This document shows, piece after piece, positions 39,416 through 48,551 of a stretch of DNA of 64,000 bases. Below the pieces are notes generated by a model. It was not told the origin of the DNA. It did no database searches and worked only from the letters and a program-made list of their open reading frames with translations. The translations under genes and the position numbers were made by a program. Within the stretch, counting starts at the first letter, position 1, and every line of letters starts with the position of its first letter. The stretch covers positions 32,001 to 96,000 of the forward strand of contig JANZKC010000002.1 in NCBI GenBank assembly GCA_025061115.1, written 5' to 3'. This DNA is from Candidatus Culexmicrobium cathedralense (GTDB lineage Archaea > Thermoproteota > Methanomethylicia > Culexarchaeales > Culexmicrobiaceae).

Positions 39416-39678
39416 TCAAAAAAAAGTACATCAAGCAAACAATTAAGGGTTGCGGAGAAAAAGCCAACTTCATCATAATTCTCAAGTGGAAGCACAAAGA
39501 CGAAGCATTAAAGAAAATCCTGGAAAAGTGCAGCGAAAAGCAGAACATGGCTGGACTATACATTAAAGGAAAAATAAATGGTGTTGAACTAAATATGTTT
39601 GCAACTGGAAAAATATTAATTCGAGGAATTGAAGAGGAAGAGGAACTCAACAAGTTTCTAGAAAAAATTCTAAAATAA
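39412..39678 (+). CDS. Small hypothetical protein overlapping the sufS stop
   Basis: 4-nt overlap with sufS; F.TGKILIRG resembles a TBP-like / MoeB C-terminal fold. Confidence 0.65.
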   Translation: MIKKKYIKQTIKGCGEKANFIIILKWKHKDEALKKILEKCSEKQNMAGLYIKGKINGVELNMFATGKILIRGIEEEEELNKFLEKILK

Positions 39679-39690
39679 ATCAAGTAATCT

Positions 39691-40107
39691 TTAACTTTCA
39701 CGCTCCAATTTCATCAATCTCTCAATGAAAGCTAACAGCTTTTCCAAGGTAACTTTACTTATGACATGCTCAATCGCACAAGCATCCCTCTCAGCAATCT
39801 CTCTCGGCACACCCAACACATTAACTAGAAAGTTTAGCAACTCCATATGCTTCCTATAAACTTCCATCGCTAACTGCTGCCCTGCATCCGTCAGCTTAAT
39901 TCTACCATACCTTTCATGATCAACCAAACCAGCTTCCTTCAACCTTCCAATAGCCTCACTCACACTCGAACTCTTCACATTTAAAAAGTCAGCAATCTCC
40001 TTAACTCTAGCCGAACCATACTCAAGCGAAATTAAGTAGATAGCCTCCAAATAATCTTCAAGAGATGGAGAAATCTTCCTACCACTCAAAAACATCCCTC
40101 TGCACAA
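39691..40107 (-). CDS. DtxR/MntR-family metal-dependent repressor
   Basis: EDYLEAIY HTH, I.LT..G, RKH..L..FL, A..DAC.IEH. Confidence 0.93.
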   Translation of the reverse strand: MCRGMFLSGRKISPSLEDYLEAIYLISLEYGSARVKEIADFLNVKSSSVSEAIGRLKEAGLVDHERYGRIKLTDAGQQLAMEVYRKHMELLNFLVNVLGVPREIAERDACAIEHVISKVTLEKLLAFIERLMKLERES

Positions 40108-40327
40108 TAATAAATTAAATTGGAAGGTAAAAAATTTACCTTAAGCCAAGAAAATGCAGATTAGGAATAATTTACCTCATCTAACATAAATTGCAATGAA
40201 AGCCGCATACTACTTAATCCCAAATGGAAAAAGGTGAATTAAATTACACTCTCCGCACCAATTTGACACTTATTTTAACATCAACATAAACTCCATCAAT
40301 CATTTTGTCAAGACATTAATAAAATAA

Positions 40328-42499
40328 TTAATTAAATCCCATGACCGATCCAATGCTGAAAAGCAGTAGCGAGCTGAAATATGCTAAAAGTAGCAGATAC
40401 GCTACTGCAATTATTGTCCACTTAATACTTCCAGTCTCCCTATAAATTGCAGCCAACGTGGCCAAGCAGGGTACGTAAAGCATCATGAAAATAAGCATCG
40501 AGTAGGCTTTGAGAGGAGTAAGTCCTATTACCCTAACAGCCTGAATCGGATCGTTAACTCCAGAAATAATCGCCAAGGACTCGGGAACTGCCTCTTTCGC
40601 TAGAAAGCCTGTTAATAGTGCAACTACAACTTTCCAATCTCCGAGCCCAATTGGCCTTAGTAAAGGTGAAAGCACCCTGCCTATGATAGCCGCGAACGAC
40701 TCTTCCGGAGATGAAACAGCTCCTACAGGTCCATATGAAGTTAATATCCACATCAATATTGAAACTCCAAGAATTATTGTTCCAGCTTTAATTATGAAGT
40801 GCTTGGACCTCTCCTCAGCATGCCAGAAAACAACTCTAGGTGAAGGCTTATGATATGGAGGTAACTCTAAAATTAAAGTTGAAGGCTCCTCCCTAAAGAT
40901 GGCCTTATTAAAGAGCGATCCCACAAGCACTAGTAAAGCGAGACTTAGAACATATAAAGATAGCATGACTAGAACTTGGCTTGTAAGGCTCGCAAAGACA
41001 GCTGCAACAATTATTGTGAAGGCAGCTAACCTGGCTTGACATGGAATTAATGAGCTCAGTAAGATTGCTAGCAGCCTATCTCTATAGCTGTGAAGTATCC
41101 TAGTAGCTGTGATGCTTGGAATGTTGCAGCCATATCCAAGCATTAGTGGCATAAAGGCCTTACCATTGAGCCCAAACCTACGCATAACCCTATCCATAAT
41201 GAAAGCAGCTCTAGCCATGTAACCGCAGTCTTCAAGTATCCCAAATAATATGAAGACAGTGAATATTAATGGGTAAAAGCTAAGCACTGCGCCCACACCA
41301 GCAATAATGCCATCCGAAACTAGGCTAACAAGCCAGCTTGGAGCTCCAATACTAGTTAAATAGCTTGAAGCAGCATCTGAAATATATCCAAAAATTCGAT
41401 CACCGATCAAGCTAGCTAAATTAAATTCCTCAAACTCAGGCATCAGCAAATTAAGTGGAAAGCCAATGTTAATGCTGAAGACCACGATAAATAGTAGTGA
41501 GAAAACGCCAATCAATATTGGCAATCCAAGAAACCTATTCAAAACGATTCTGTCAATTTTATCGGTGATTGTTATCGGCGCAACTCCAGTTCTCTTAACA
41601 GCATCTTTAACTATTTTTTCAATGAAATTATAACGCCTATCTGCAATAATTACGTCGACATCATCGCCTAAAGCATTACTTAAATTTCGCCTCAATTCCT
41701 CAACCTTAGTTATAACATTATCATTAATTTTGAGAACCTCTCTAACAACTTCCCTATCGCCTTCAAGAAGCCTTATTGCAATCCACCTAGCGGGATATGG
41801 CAGTTGAGATGCTATCCTACCTTCAACAAGCATTTTCACAATTTGATTAATTGCATTTTCAATTTCACGGCCATAATCAACTTTAACGCCTCCACACTTA
41901 ATTTCCCCTTTCGCAACCTTCAACACCATTTCAATGAGCTCTTCAGCTCCAACACCTCTAACAGCAATCATTGGAATTACAGGCACTCCCAAATTTTCTG
42001 AAAGCCTCTTAACACCAACTTCAATGCCCTTAAGCTCAGCTAAATCCATCATATTAAGCGCTACAATCACATTACTTGTCAACTCGAGAATTTGAATAGT
42101 TAAGTACAAGTTTCTCTCCAAGTTAGATGCATCAACAATATTTATAACAGCATTAGGTTTAGCCTCAACGATAAATCGCCTAGCCACTATTTCCTCCAGA
42201 CTTAATGCAGATAAGCTATAAGTTCCAGGCAAATCGATGAACTTCAATCTAACATTTCCAACAATTCTTTCCCCCTCCTTCCGTTCAACAGTTTTTCCAG
42301 GCCAATTTCCAACTCTCTGGCGGCCGCCAGTTAAAATGTTGAATAAAGTGCTTTTACCCACATTTGGGTTACCTGCAACGGCAATTGTGTACTCTTCAAT
42401 TGCCTCCTTAACATTAATCGAATCCTTGCCCGCATATTTTAAGCATGAGGAGTGGAACGAGCAAGTTGAACACAAGCTTTTAACTACCAAAGCTATCAA
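40328..42499 (-). CDS. feoB: Ferrous iron transporter FeoB
   Basis: GNPNVGKS, GNWPGKTVE, DLPGTYSL, NMMD, GYGCNIP, IPC..R, ELPPY, LYVPC. Confidence 0.96.
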   Translation of the reverse strand: MIALVVKSLCSTCSFHSSCLKYAGKDSINVKEAIEEYTIAVAGNPNVGKSTLFNILTGGRQRVGNWPGKTVERKEGERIVGNVRLKFIDLPGTYSLSALSLEEIVARRFIVEAKPNAVINIVDASNLERNLYLTIQILELTSNVIVALNMMDLAELKGIEVGVKRLSENLGVPVIPMIAVRGVGAEELIEMVLKVAKGEIKCGGVKVDYGREIENAINQIVKMLVEGRIASQLPYPARWIAIRLLEGDREVVREVLKINDNVITKVEELRRNLSNALGDDVDVIIADRRYNFIEKIVKDAVKRTGVAPITITDKIDRIVLNRFLGLPILIGVFSLLFIVVFSINIGFPLNLLMPEFEEFNLASLIGDRIFGYISDAASSYLTSIGAPSWLVSLVSDGIIAGVGAVLSFYPLIFTVFILFGILEDCGYMARAAFIMDRVMRRFGLNGKAFMPLMLGYGCNIPSITATRILHSYRDRLLAILLSSLIPCQARLAAFTIIVAAVFASLTSQVLVMLSLYVLSLALLVLVGSLFNKAIFREEPSTLILELPPYHKPSPRVVFWHAEERSKHFIIKAGTIILGVSILMWILTSYGPVGAVSSPEESFAAIIGRVLSPLLRPIGLGDWKVVVALLTGFLAKEAVPESLAIISGVNDPIQAVRVIGLTPLKAYSMLIFMMLYVPCLATLAAIYRETGSIKWTIIAVAYLLLLAYFSSLLLFSIGSVMGFN

Positions 42500-42728
42500 C
42501 CTCCACCATTATTTTCATTGCAACTCCACGTCCAAGAACCAACCTTGAATTTCTAACCATTATGAGAATTGGGCCAAAATTATTATGAACAACTTCAATC
42601 GGAGTACCTGGAGTAATCCCCATTTCAGCTAATCTAAGCGTTAAACCTCTACCAGCTACAACTTGAATTACAGTTCCAACCTCCCCGGGCTGAAGCATTG
42701 CCAACGGCTTAACCCTCCTCACCATCAA
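42480..42728 (-). CDS. feoA: FeoA
   Basis: RLAEMGITPG, GP..I, LGRGVA.KI.V. Confidence 0.93.
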   Translation of the reverse strand: MMVRRVKPLAMLQPGEVGTVIQVVAGRGLTLRLAEMGITPGTPIEVVHNNFGPILIMVRNSRLVLGRGVAMKIMVEVDSFGS

Positions 42729-42954
42729 TCACCTCAACGATCACTTCACGGGCCTCACTTCTTCGCAAAGACAAGTAATACCCCTTAACTCGAACTTCAA
42801 TTGGATCACCTAGTGGAGCAATCCTTTCAACCTTTAAAATTGCACCAGGCTCAATGCCCATTTCAATTAATCTCCTTTTGATGACCCCCCTTCCCTTCAA
42901 CCTCACAATTTTAACGGTTCGCCCAACATCAACTTCGCTCAGCCTAACAATCAT
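42709..42954 (-). CDS. feoA: FeoA
   Basis: RRLIEMGI.PG, APLGDP, LSLRRSEA. Confidence 0.94.
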   Translation of the reverse strand: MIVRLSEVDVGRTVKIVRLKGRGVIKRRLIEMGIEPGAILKVERIAPLGDPIEVRVKGYYLSLRRSEAREVIVEVIDGEEG

Positions 42955-42985
42955 AGGAAACCCTAACAGTTTTAGGGTTGCCTAA
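42953..42985. promoter_or_regulatory. Tandem DtxR-type operator boxes: TTAGG-N4-CCTAA (42972-42985) and ATAGG-N4-CCTAA (42953-42966)
   Basis: Both lie between CTTATAAG (42986-42993) and the feoA ATG; a DtxR-family gene ends the cluster. Confidence 0.75.
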
Positions 42986-43125
42986 CTTATAAGAATTATT
43001 ATGAGCGATTGCACAAAATTAAGAAATAATTATAAGTAAAGAAAATTATCTAACCAAAAACAAAGAAATTTCCAAATATTTTTAAGTTATTAAATTAAAT
43101 AATTGCTTAATCAGGAGTTCTAAAT

Positions 43126-45924
43126 CTACTTTTCCCAGTAATCTCTAGTCTCCAAGTACTCTTTCATCGCTTCCCTCAAGTCCTCAATAAGCTCATCCAG
43201 GTTTTTATGCATTTTAGCTAAAATCTGATATGCTGTTAAGGGTCCAACGCCTTTAACTGCAAGGGCTATGGCAGCCTTCTTCCCATAAAGGGTTATCAGA
43301 TCTGCTGACATTTTGGCGTATGCTATGAGCAGCTCCTCCTCTTCGCTCAACTTTTCTCCTCTCTTCATTTTGTTTAATGCATCTATAATTTCACTTCGCT
43401 TCCACTTTATTATCGAAATGCCTTTTGAATTGCATTTGGGGCATTTGATGTCGTCTGTAAAGTCTCTAACCAGAATTCTCCATGCATGTAGGCAGTTTAA
43501 ACAAATCAAGTTGATAATTTTATTCATGATTCTCTCCATGAATGTTCGACTGTCATTTATTGCAATTAAATCGCCAAGTTCAACTATTGGCTTAGCTAAG
43601 GGGGAAGGGCTGCTTGACTTTGCCAGCTGAACTACTTCCAGCTCGCCTCTTTTTATTGCAATTATTAGCTCCTTAAAGTGCTTGAAGTCGTAGTGCTCAA
43701 CTAGTTGGAATCTAAATGCTTCCTCGTAAACTGGAGTATCCCTAAATATTTCAGGCAAATGCAATAGGTAGCTTGCAGACTTGTAGTACATTCCTCTTGG
43801 AAGAGCTTCAAATTTCATCGCAACGTGCCTTAAAATATATGGATCTACGTGCTCCCAAATAATGTTTAAACCTTCTTCAACGCTTATTGACTTCAAAATT
43901 TCAGCAATATCTTTCAGCTCGATGGTGGGTGAAGTCATTATCAGAATTCTATATGCATCCCACCTAACTATGCAGTCGGCTTTCAGCTTCGACTTAATCC
44001 ATTCACCTACAACTCTAGCTATGCACCTATTAACTCCATGCCCATAGCAGGAGTGTATCACTATGAAGTTTCCGAAACCTTCAATAACTATCCTCCTATC
44101 ATGAGGCATGGGGCGTCCTTGCTCCAAATAATCTACAAAGGGTTTGATGGCTGCCTTTAAATCTTCAACTTCAACATTACAGGCATCCCTTAATTTATCA
44201 GCTATCTCTTCAATTGAATAGCCGCGGTTCCACAATTCTTCAATCAACCTTCTCAGCTTTCCAACCGAGATGGCTACATTCCATGAAGTTGGAAGAACCT
44301 CTCCCTCCCATCCAGGTATGGCTGCTGTGTAGTCGCTCACAGGCTTAACATGCACGTTGAAGCCACTTATGCTTGAAACTATCCATGGCCTACCCTTCAA
44401 GATTATTTTAACTCCAGGCTTCCCATACTCTGAAAAGAAGTCTTCTCCAAGATATCCAATTTCATCTCCAGTGGATTCATCAATGACTGGATATTTCACT
44501 TCCTCAGGAATGGTGGTTAAGTGCTTGTAGTAGTAGGCTCTAGTCCTCCTAGTCCTGCAAATTACGCTTCCCTCAACCTTCACAATCCCATTTCTGGACA
44601 AGTAATCTAGAACTTTAGCGAAATCTTCTCGGCTTAAATTCCTATATGGATAGCTCGACTTAACTATATTAAATGCACGGGAAATTTCAATCTCACCATT
44701 AAAGTCAAGAGTTAAGCCTGCAATTTGATGTGCAAGGACATCTAAGGCATTTTCATGAACTTTGAGCTCCTCTAATTGTCAGTTCAATGCCATTTTGGCT
44801 ATGATCAAGCTTTCAAGAAAGTCATCTGGGCTAACGCATAAAATCACTCCTCTTGAAGTCCTCTCTAAAAAGTGGCCGCTTCGCCCAACCCGTTGGATAA
44901 GCGCGGTTACCTGTCTTGGAGATAAGTATTGGATGACAAGGTCAACGCTTCCAATATCAAGTCCTAATTCGAGGGAGGATGTACAGACAATTGCAGGTAG
45001 AGATCCACTCTTAAATTTTGATTCAATCACCTCTCTAGCATGCCTAGATAATGAGCTATGGTGACATGCTGCCTCAACACCAGCCAACCTAAGCCTGCTA
45101 CTAATAAATTCAGCAAACTCCCTGCAGTTAACGAAGATAAGTGTTGAAGTTGAGGACCTAATTAACTCAATCATCCTCCTAAGCCTAGCTGCAAATTCGG
45201 GCTTACACATAAGCCTAATACTGGCCTCATAATCCTCTCTACTTGGAGCTGGATACTCAACTCTAATCGAATAAGGCTTAGCGCTCCTAACTTCAACAAC
45301 CTCAACTTCCCGGCTAGAACCAGCAATAAATTTGGATGCCAACCTAGGTTCGCTAACAGTGGCCGAAAGACAGATGAGCTGAACCCTATCTTTAGCAATT
45401 AACTTAAGCCTCTCAAGCCCAACAGCCAATTGCGTACCACGCTTACTCTCAATCAAGTCATGAACCTCATCAACGATCACCCACTTAACAGCGCTAAGCC
45501 ACCTCCTCATGCGCTCAAAGGGAAGCATAGCTTGAAGAGTTTCAGGCGTGGTAATTAATACCTCTGGAGGACTTCTAACCTGCATTCGCCTAACACTTCT
45601 AGGCGTATCACCATGCCTAACGCTTATTGAAACATCAACTTCGCTACAGATTTTCTCCAATCTTCTAAGCATGTCCCTATTCAAAGCCCTTAGGGGAGTT
45701 ATGTAAATTATGTGGATGCCAAGCTCGTAACCATGAGCACTTCGATAATCAAGATACATACTTAAAACTGGAAGAAAAGAAGCCTCAGTTTTACCTGAAC
45801 CTGCTGGACCAATGATAAGAACGTTCTTACCACCTAAAATTACGGGAATCGCTATTTCCTGAACCTCAGTAGGCTTGTCAAAAGCAACTGTTCTAAGCTT
45901 AGTATTTAAGAGGTTAAACACCAT
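43126..45924 (-). pseudogene. Lhr-family SF2 helicase paralogue interrupted by one in-frame TGA (44779-44781)
   Basis: The two track ORFs share a frame. ALN*QLEELKVHENALDVLAHQI is collinear with the intact paralogue's ALNEELEPIMVPEKPYDVLCHQI. Confidence 0.8.
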
Positions 45925-46012
45925 ATTAACGCTCTACTCCTCCATCCAATTATACACAATACCCAACTGCTAAAAATACCTAATGAAAGTGAAATTTACA
46001 AGCTAAGTTTCT

Positions 46013-46200
46013 TCACATTGCTAAGCAAGCTACGAGACACATCAAAGTCAAAGCATTACTTTTTCAAGTAGCTCATAATAATTCTAAGGGCTTTCTCACA
46101 ATCCTTCAAAAATCTTAATCCCTTTTTAGTAAGCTTAAGCCCAGTTCCATCCCAAACAACTAAATCTAAGTACGATTGAAATTAGCTTATTTAGTAATGT
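46013..46200 (-). pseudogene. Remnant of a winged-HTH regulator
   Basis: Hand translation YLDL...LKLTKKGLRFL resembles the C-terminus of the wHTH at 59263-59544; no intact start. Confidence 0.35.
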
Positions 46201-46210
46201 AGCAGCAATA

Positions 46211-46492
46211 TTACTCCTGAACATACGGCTCTATAAGTATTACTTCCGCCACGCTAATTCCAGGCACTTTAAGTGCTTCTTCCCTAACCTTCGCAACCAA
46301 GTACCTTGCAAGCGGACACATGAAAGATGGCGCAGTTAAAGTCATTTTTATCTTAGCTTTCTCACCCTCAATTTTCACTTCTCTTATCAAGCCCATTTCA
46401 ACTACATTTAAGCCAACCTCTGGATCAATAACATTTTTAAGTGCCTCCAAAACTTTCCTTTCCAAATCCCCAGATGGCACGACCACCACCAA
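46211..46492 (-). CDS. DUF59/SufT metal-sulfur cluster assembly factor
   Basis: V.DPE...NVV.MGLI, MTLTAP...CP. Confidence 0.9.
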   Translation of the reverse strand: MVVVVPSGDLERKVLEALKNVIDPEVGLNVVEMGLIREVKIEGEKAKIKMTLTAPSFMCPLARYLVAKVREEALKVPGISVAEVILIEPYVQE

Positions 46493-46514
46493 CCAAAAAT
46501 TTTGGGATATTTTA

Positions 46515-48494
46515 TTACTTTCTCCTCATTATTAACATTGCGGATGCAATGACAATTATAACAACCGCTACAGCTAAAACATAGGTCATCATTGAAGGCC
46601 CCAAAACCTCTAACACCCTAACTGCTTTCACATCGCTTTCGACATCATAGGTTTCGCAGACAACTTTACAGTTATATGTGCCTACTCTCTCGAAAACTTG
46701 AGTAAATGCGTACTCTCCGTTGGCTCCAGTCACTGTTGTCCCGACAAGCTCACCATTTACATGCAATGACACGCCAATATCAGGCACTGGCTCACCCTCA
46801 AATGCCAGAAAACCTGATAAGATTACTGTCTCGCCAGCGTAAATTTCTTCAGCGCTCGCCGTCAAGGACAACTGCGGCAACCCCCACCTAATTACCACCT
46901 CATGAATGCTGTGAGCGTATTTAGCGTATACAAAGTAGTGAGTTTCATTCGCGCTTACAGCTGCCTTAACTATATCGCCATCTACATATACGAATATTTT
47001 ACCAGTCACCGTCTCTTTAGGTATGGTTACGTTTAATGCACCTTTCGTACCCCTCAATCCCTCAACTTCCAGCTCAATTTTATCTGCTAAGTACTGAAAG
47101 CGCCTTATCGTCGAATTCGTAATTGCAATTATCTTCCTCTGCTCTCCAGCAATTAGCCCTTTAATCTCATGGATTTTTGCATCAGCAACTCCCCAAGTGT
47201 TTGGAGCAACTTTAAACGTTAGATTTCCTAGGTCAGTGAAGTTAACACCTCTAAAAACAATTCTATGTCTGCTCTTCTCAGCAAACTGCACGTGAGGAGG
47301 AGCTTCAATTTCAATAAACTCATTTTCAGTGCTTCCAGCTTCAATAACAAAATCTATATCTGCAATACCTTCAGGCGCTAAATCCGCAAGCTTGGAAAAC
47401 AGCTCATGAAATTTGAAGCCATCAGCAACTGCCTCTGCCGGCGGCTTCACTTTCAACCCAGTAAAACTAAATTTCAACAAACCTCCATCCCCGCCACTGT
47501 AAGTCACAGTTAGATCCAATGCTTTAGCACTCAAGCTTGTTTCTCCTAGAACTTCCTTGCAGAATATGTAAAATTTCGAAGAGACATTCGGAAATAGATC
47601 CTTAATGTAATTTACGTACATATTTTTGATCTCATTAACCTGCCTTTCAACATCGCCCATGAACTTTAGCCTGCAAACTAGCTTTAGGGTTCCATCACTA
47701 CTATTAACCACAAGATCAAGAGTAAAGGAGTCAAACTCAGTGTACCGCATATGCTTAAGTCTTTCCAAGAATTCATTCGATAAATACATTTTAACTGGTA
47801 TTGCAAATTTAGCCTTGCAAATAAGCGCCTTTTTAAGGTTCCCCTCTACCTCTCCTTGAAAATTCAAAATTGCCCTATCACTCTCAAGCATTGACTCAAG
47901 CGTTAAATTTACTAAAGTGACATTACTGCACGACCATTCATCAATTCTCTCGTGAATTATCCCCCTAAGTGCATCAAATTGATTCATGAACTCTTGAATT
48001 TTAGACCTGCTCATCAGCGAGTATGGAATTATTAAAGTTGCATTGAAAATTGCATCCACTACATCAGTATCATTATCGTAGATTGCAGTAAACTCTCCAC
48101 TCAAAGTCATCTTACCTGCACCCATTCGGCTTGACTCCAAATAGAGGGTTCCATTAGCTTTGTAATCCCTACAAGTTATGTGGAGCTCGGCATCCGGAAG
48201 CTGAAGTATCGTTGGATAATCGAAAGTTAAGTTGAGGGTGATGACGCTTTCCGCATCATCCCGCGTAATGTAGGAGCGCATTGCAAGAATGAAATCGGTT
48301 ACGCCTTGAATTTTACCCGATTCAATTGCACCATCAATTTCAATTCCAACTTCCCCTTCTGGATAAACCCTTAAAGTAATATCAATATCTGCAATAGAAG
48401 GCTGCGACAAAACTGGTTTTAAGACACCTATGAGAGTTATCAGAATTATGAATGCTAGAGAGAACTTCCCATTCATTCGAATATAACGATACAT
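46515..48494 (-). CDS. Secreted, C-terminally membrane-anchored cell-surface protein with an Ig-like domain
   Basis: N-terminal signal peptide, beta-rich body, TVTGANGEY Ig-like segment, C-terminal TM helix plus RRK. Confidence 0.75.
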   Translation of the reverse strand: MYRYIRMNGKFSLAFIILITLIGVLKPVLSQPSIADIDITLRVYPEGEVGIEIDGAIESGKIQGVTDFILAMRSYITRDDAESVITLNLTFDYPTILQLPDAELHITCRDYKANGTLYLESSRMGAGKMTLSGEFTAIYDNDTDVVDAIFNATLIIPYSLMSRSKIQEFMNQFDALRGIIHERIDEWSCSNVTLVNLTLESMLESDRAILNFQGEVEGNLKKALICKAKFAIPVKMYLSNEFLERLKHMRYTEFDSFTLDLVVNSSDGTLKLVCRLKFMGDVERQVNEIKNMYVNYIKDLFPNVSSKFYIFCKEVLGETSLSAKALDLTVTYSGGDGGLLKFSFTGLKVKPPAEAVADGFKFHELFSKLADLAPEGIADIDFVIEAGSTENEFIEIEAPPHVQFAEKSRHRIVFRGVNFTDLGNLTFKVAPNTWGVADAKIHEIKGLIAGEQRKIIAITNSTIRRFQYLADKIELEVEGLRGTKGALNVTIPKETVTGKIFVYVDGDIVKAAVSANETHYFVYAKYAHSIHEVVIRWGLPQLSLTASAEEIYAGETVILSGFLAFEGEPVPDIGVSLHVNGELVGTTVTGANGEYAFTQVFERVGTYNCKVVCETYDVESDVKAVRVLEVLGPSMMTYVLAVAVVIIVIASAMLIMRRK

Positions 48495-48551
48495 TTAAAA
48501 TTCCTCTTAAGCTACAAATAAGTGAAAATGGATACTTAAAAAGTTTCTCAT

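Noticed and set aside
44779-44781. Selenocysteine at the Lhr UGA
   Set aside because: The aligned position is not a Cys, Lhr is not a known selenoprotein, and I saw no SECIS-like hairpin downstream.
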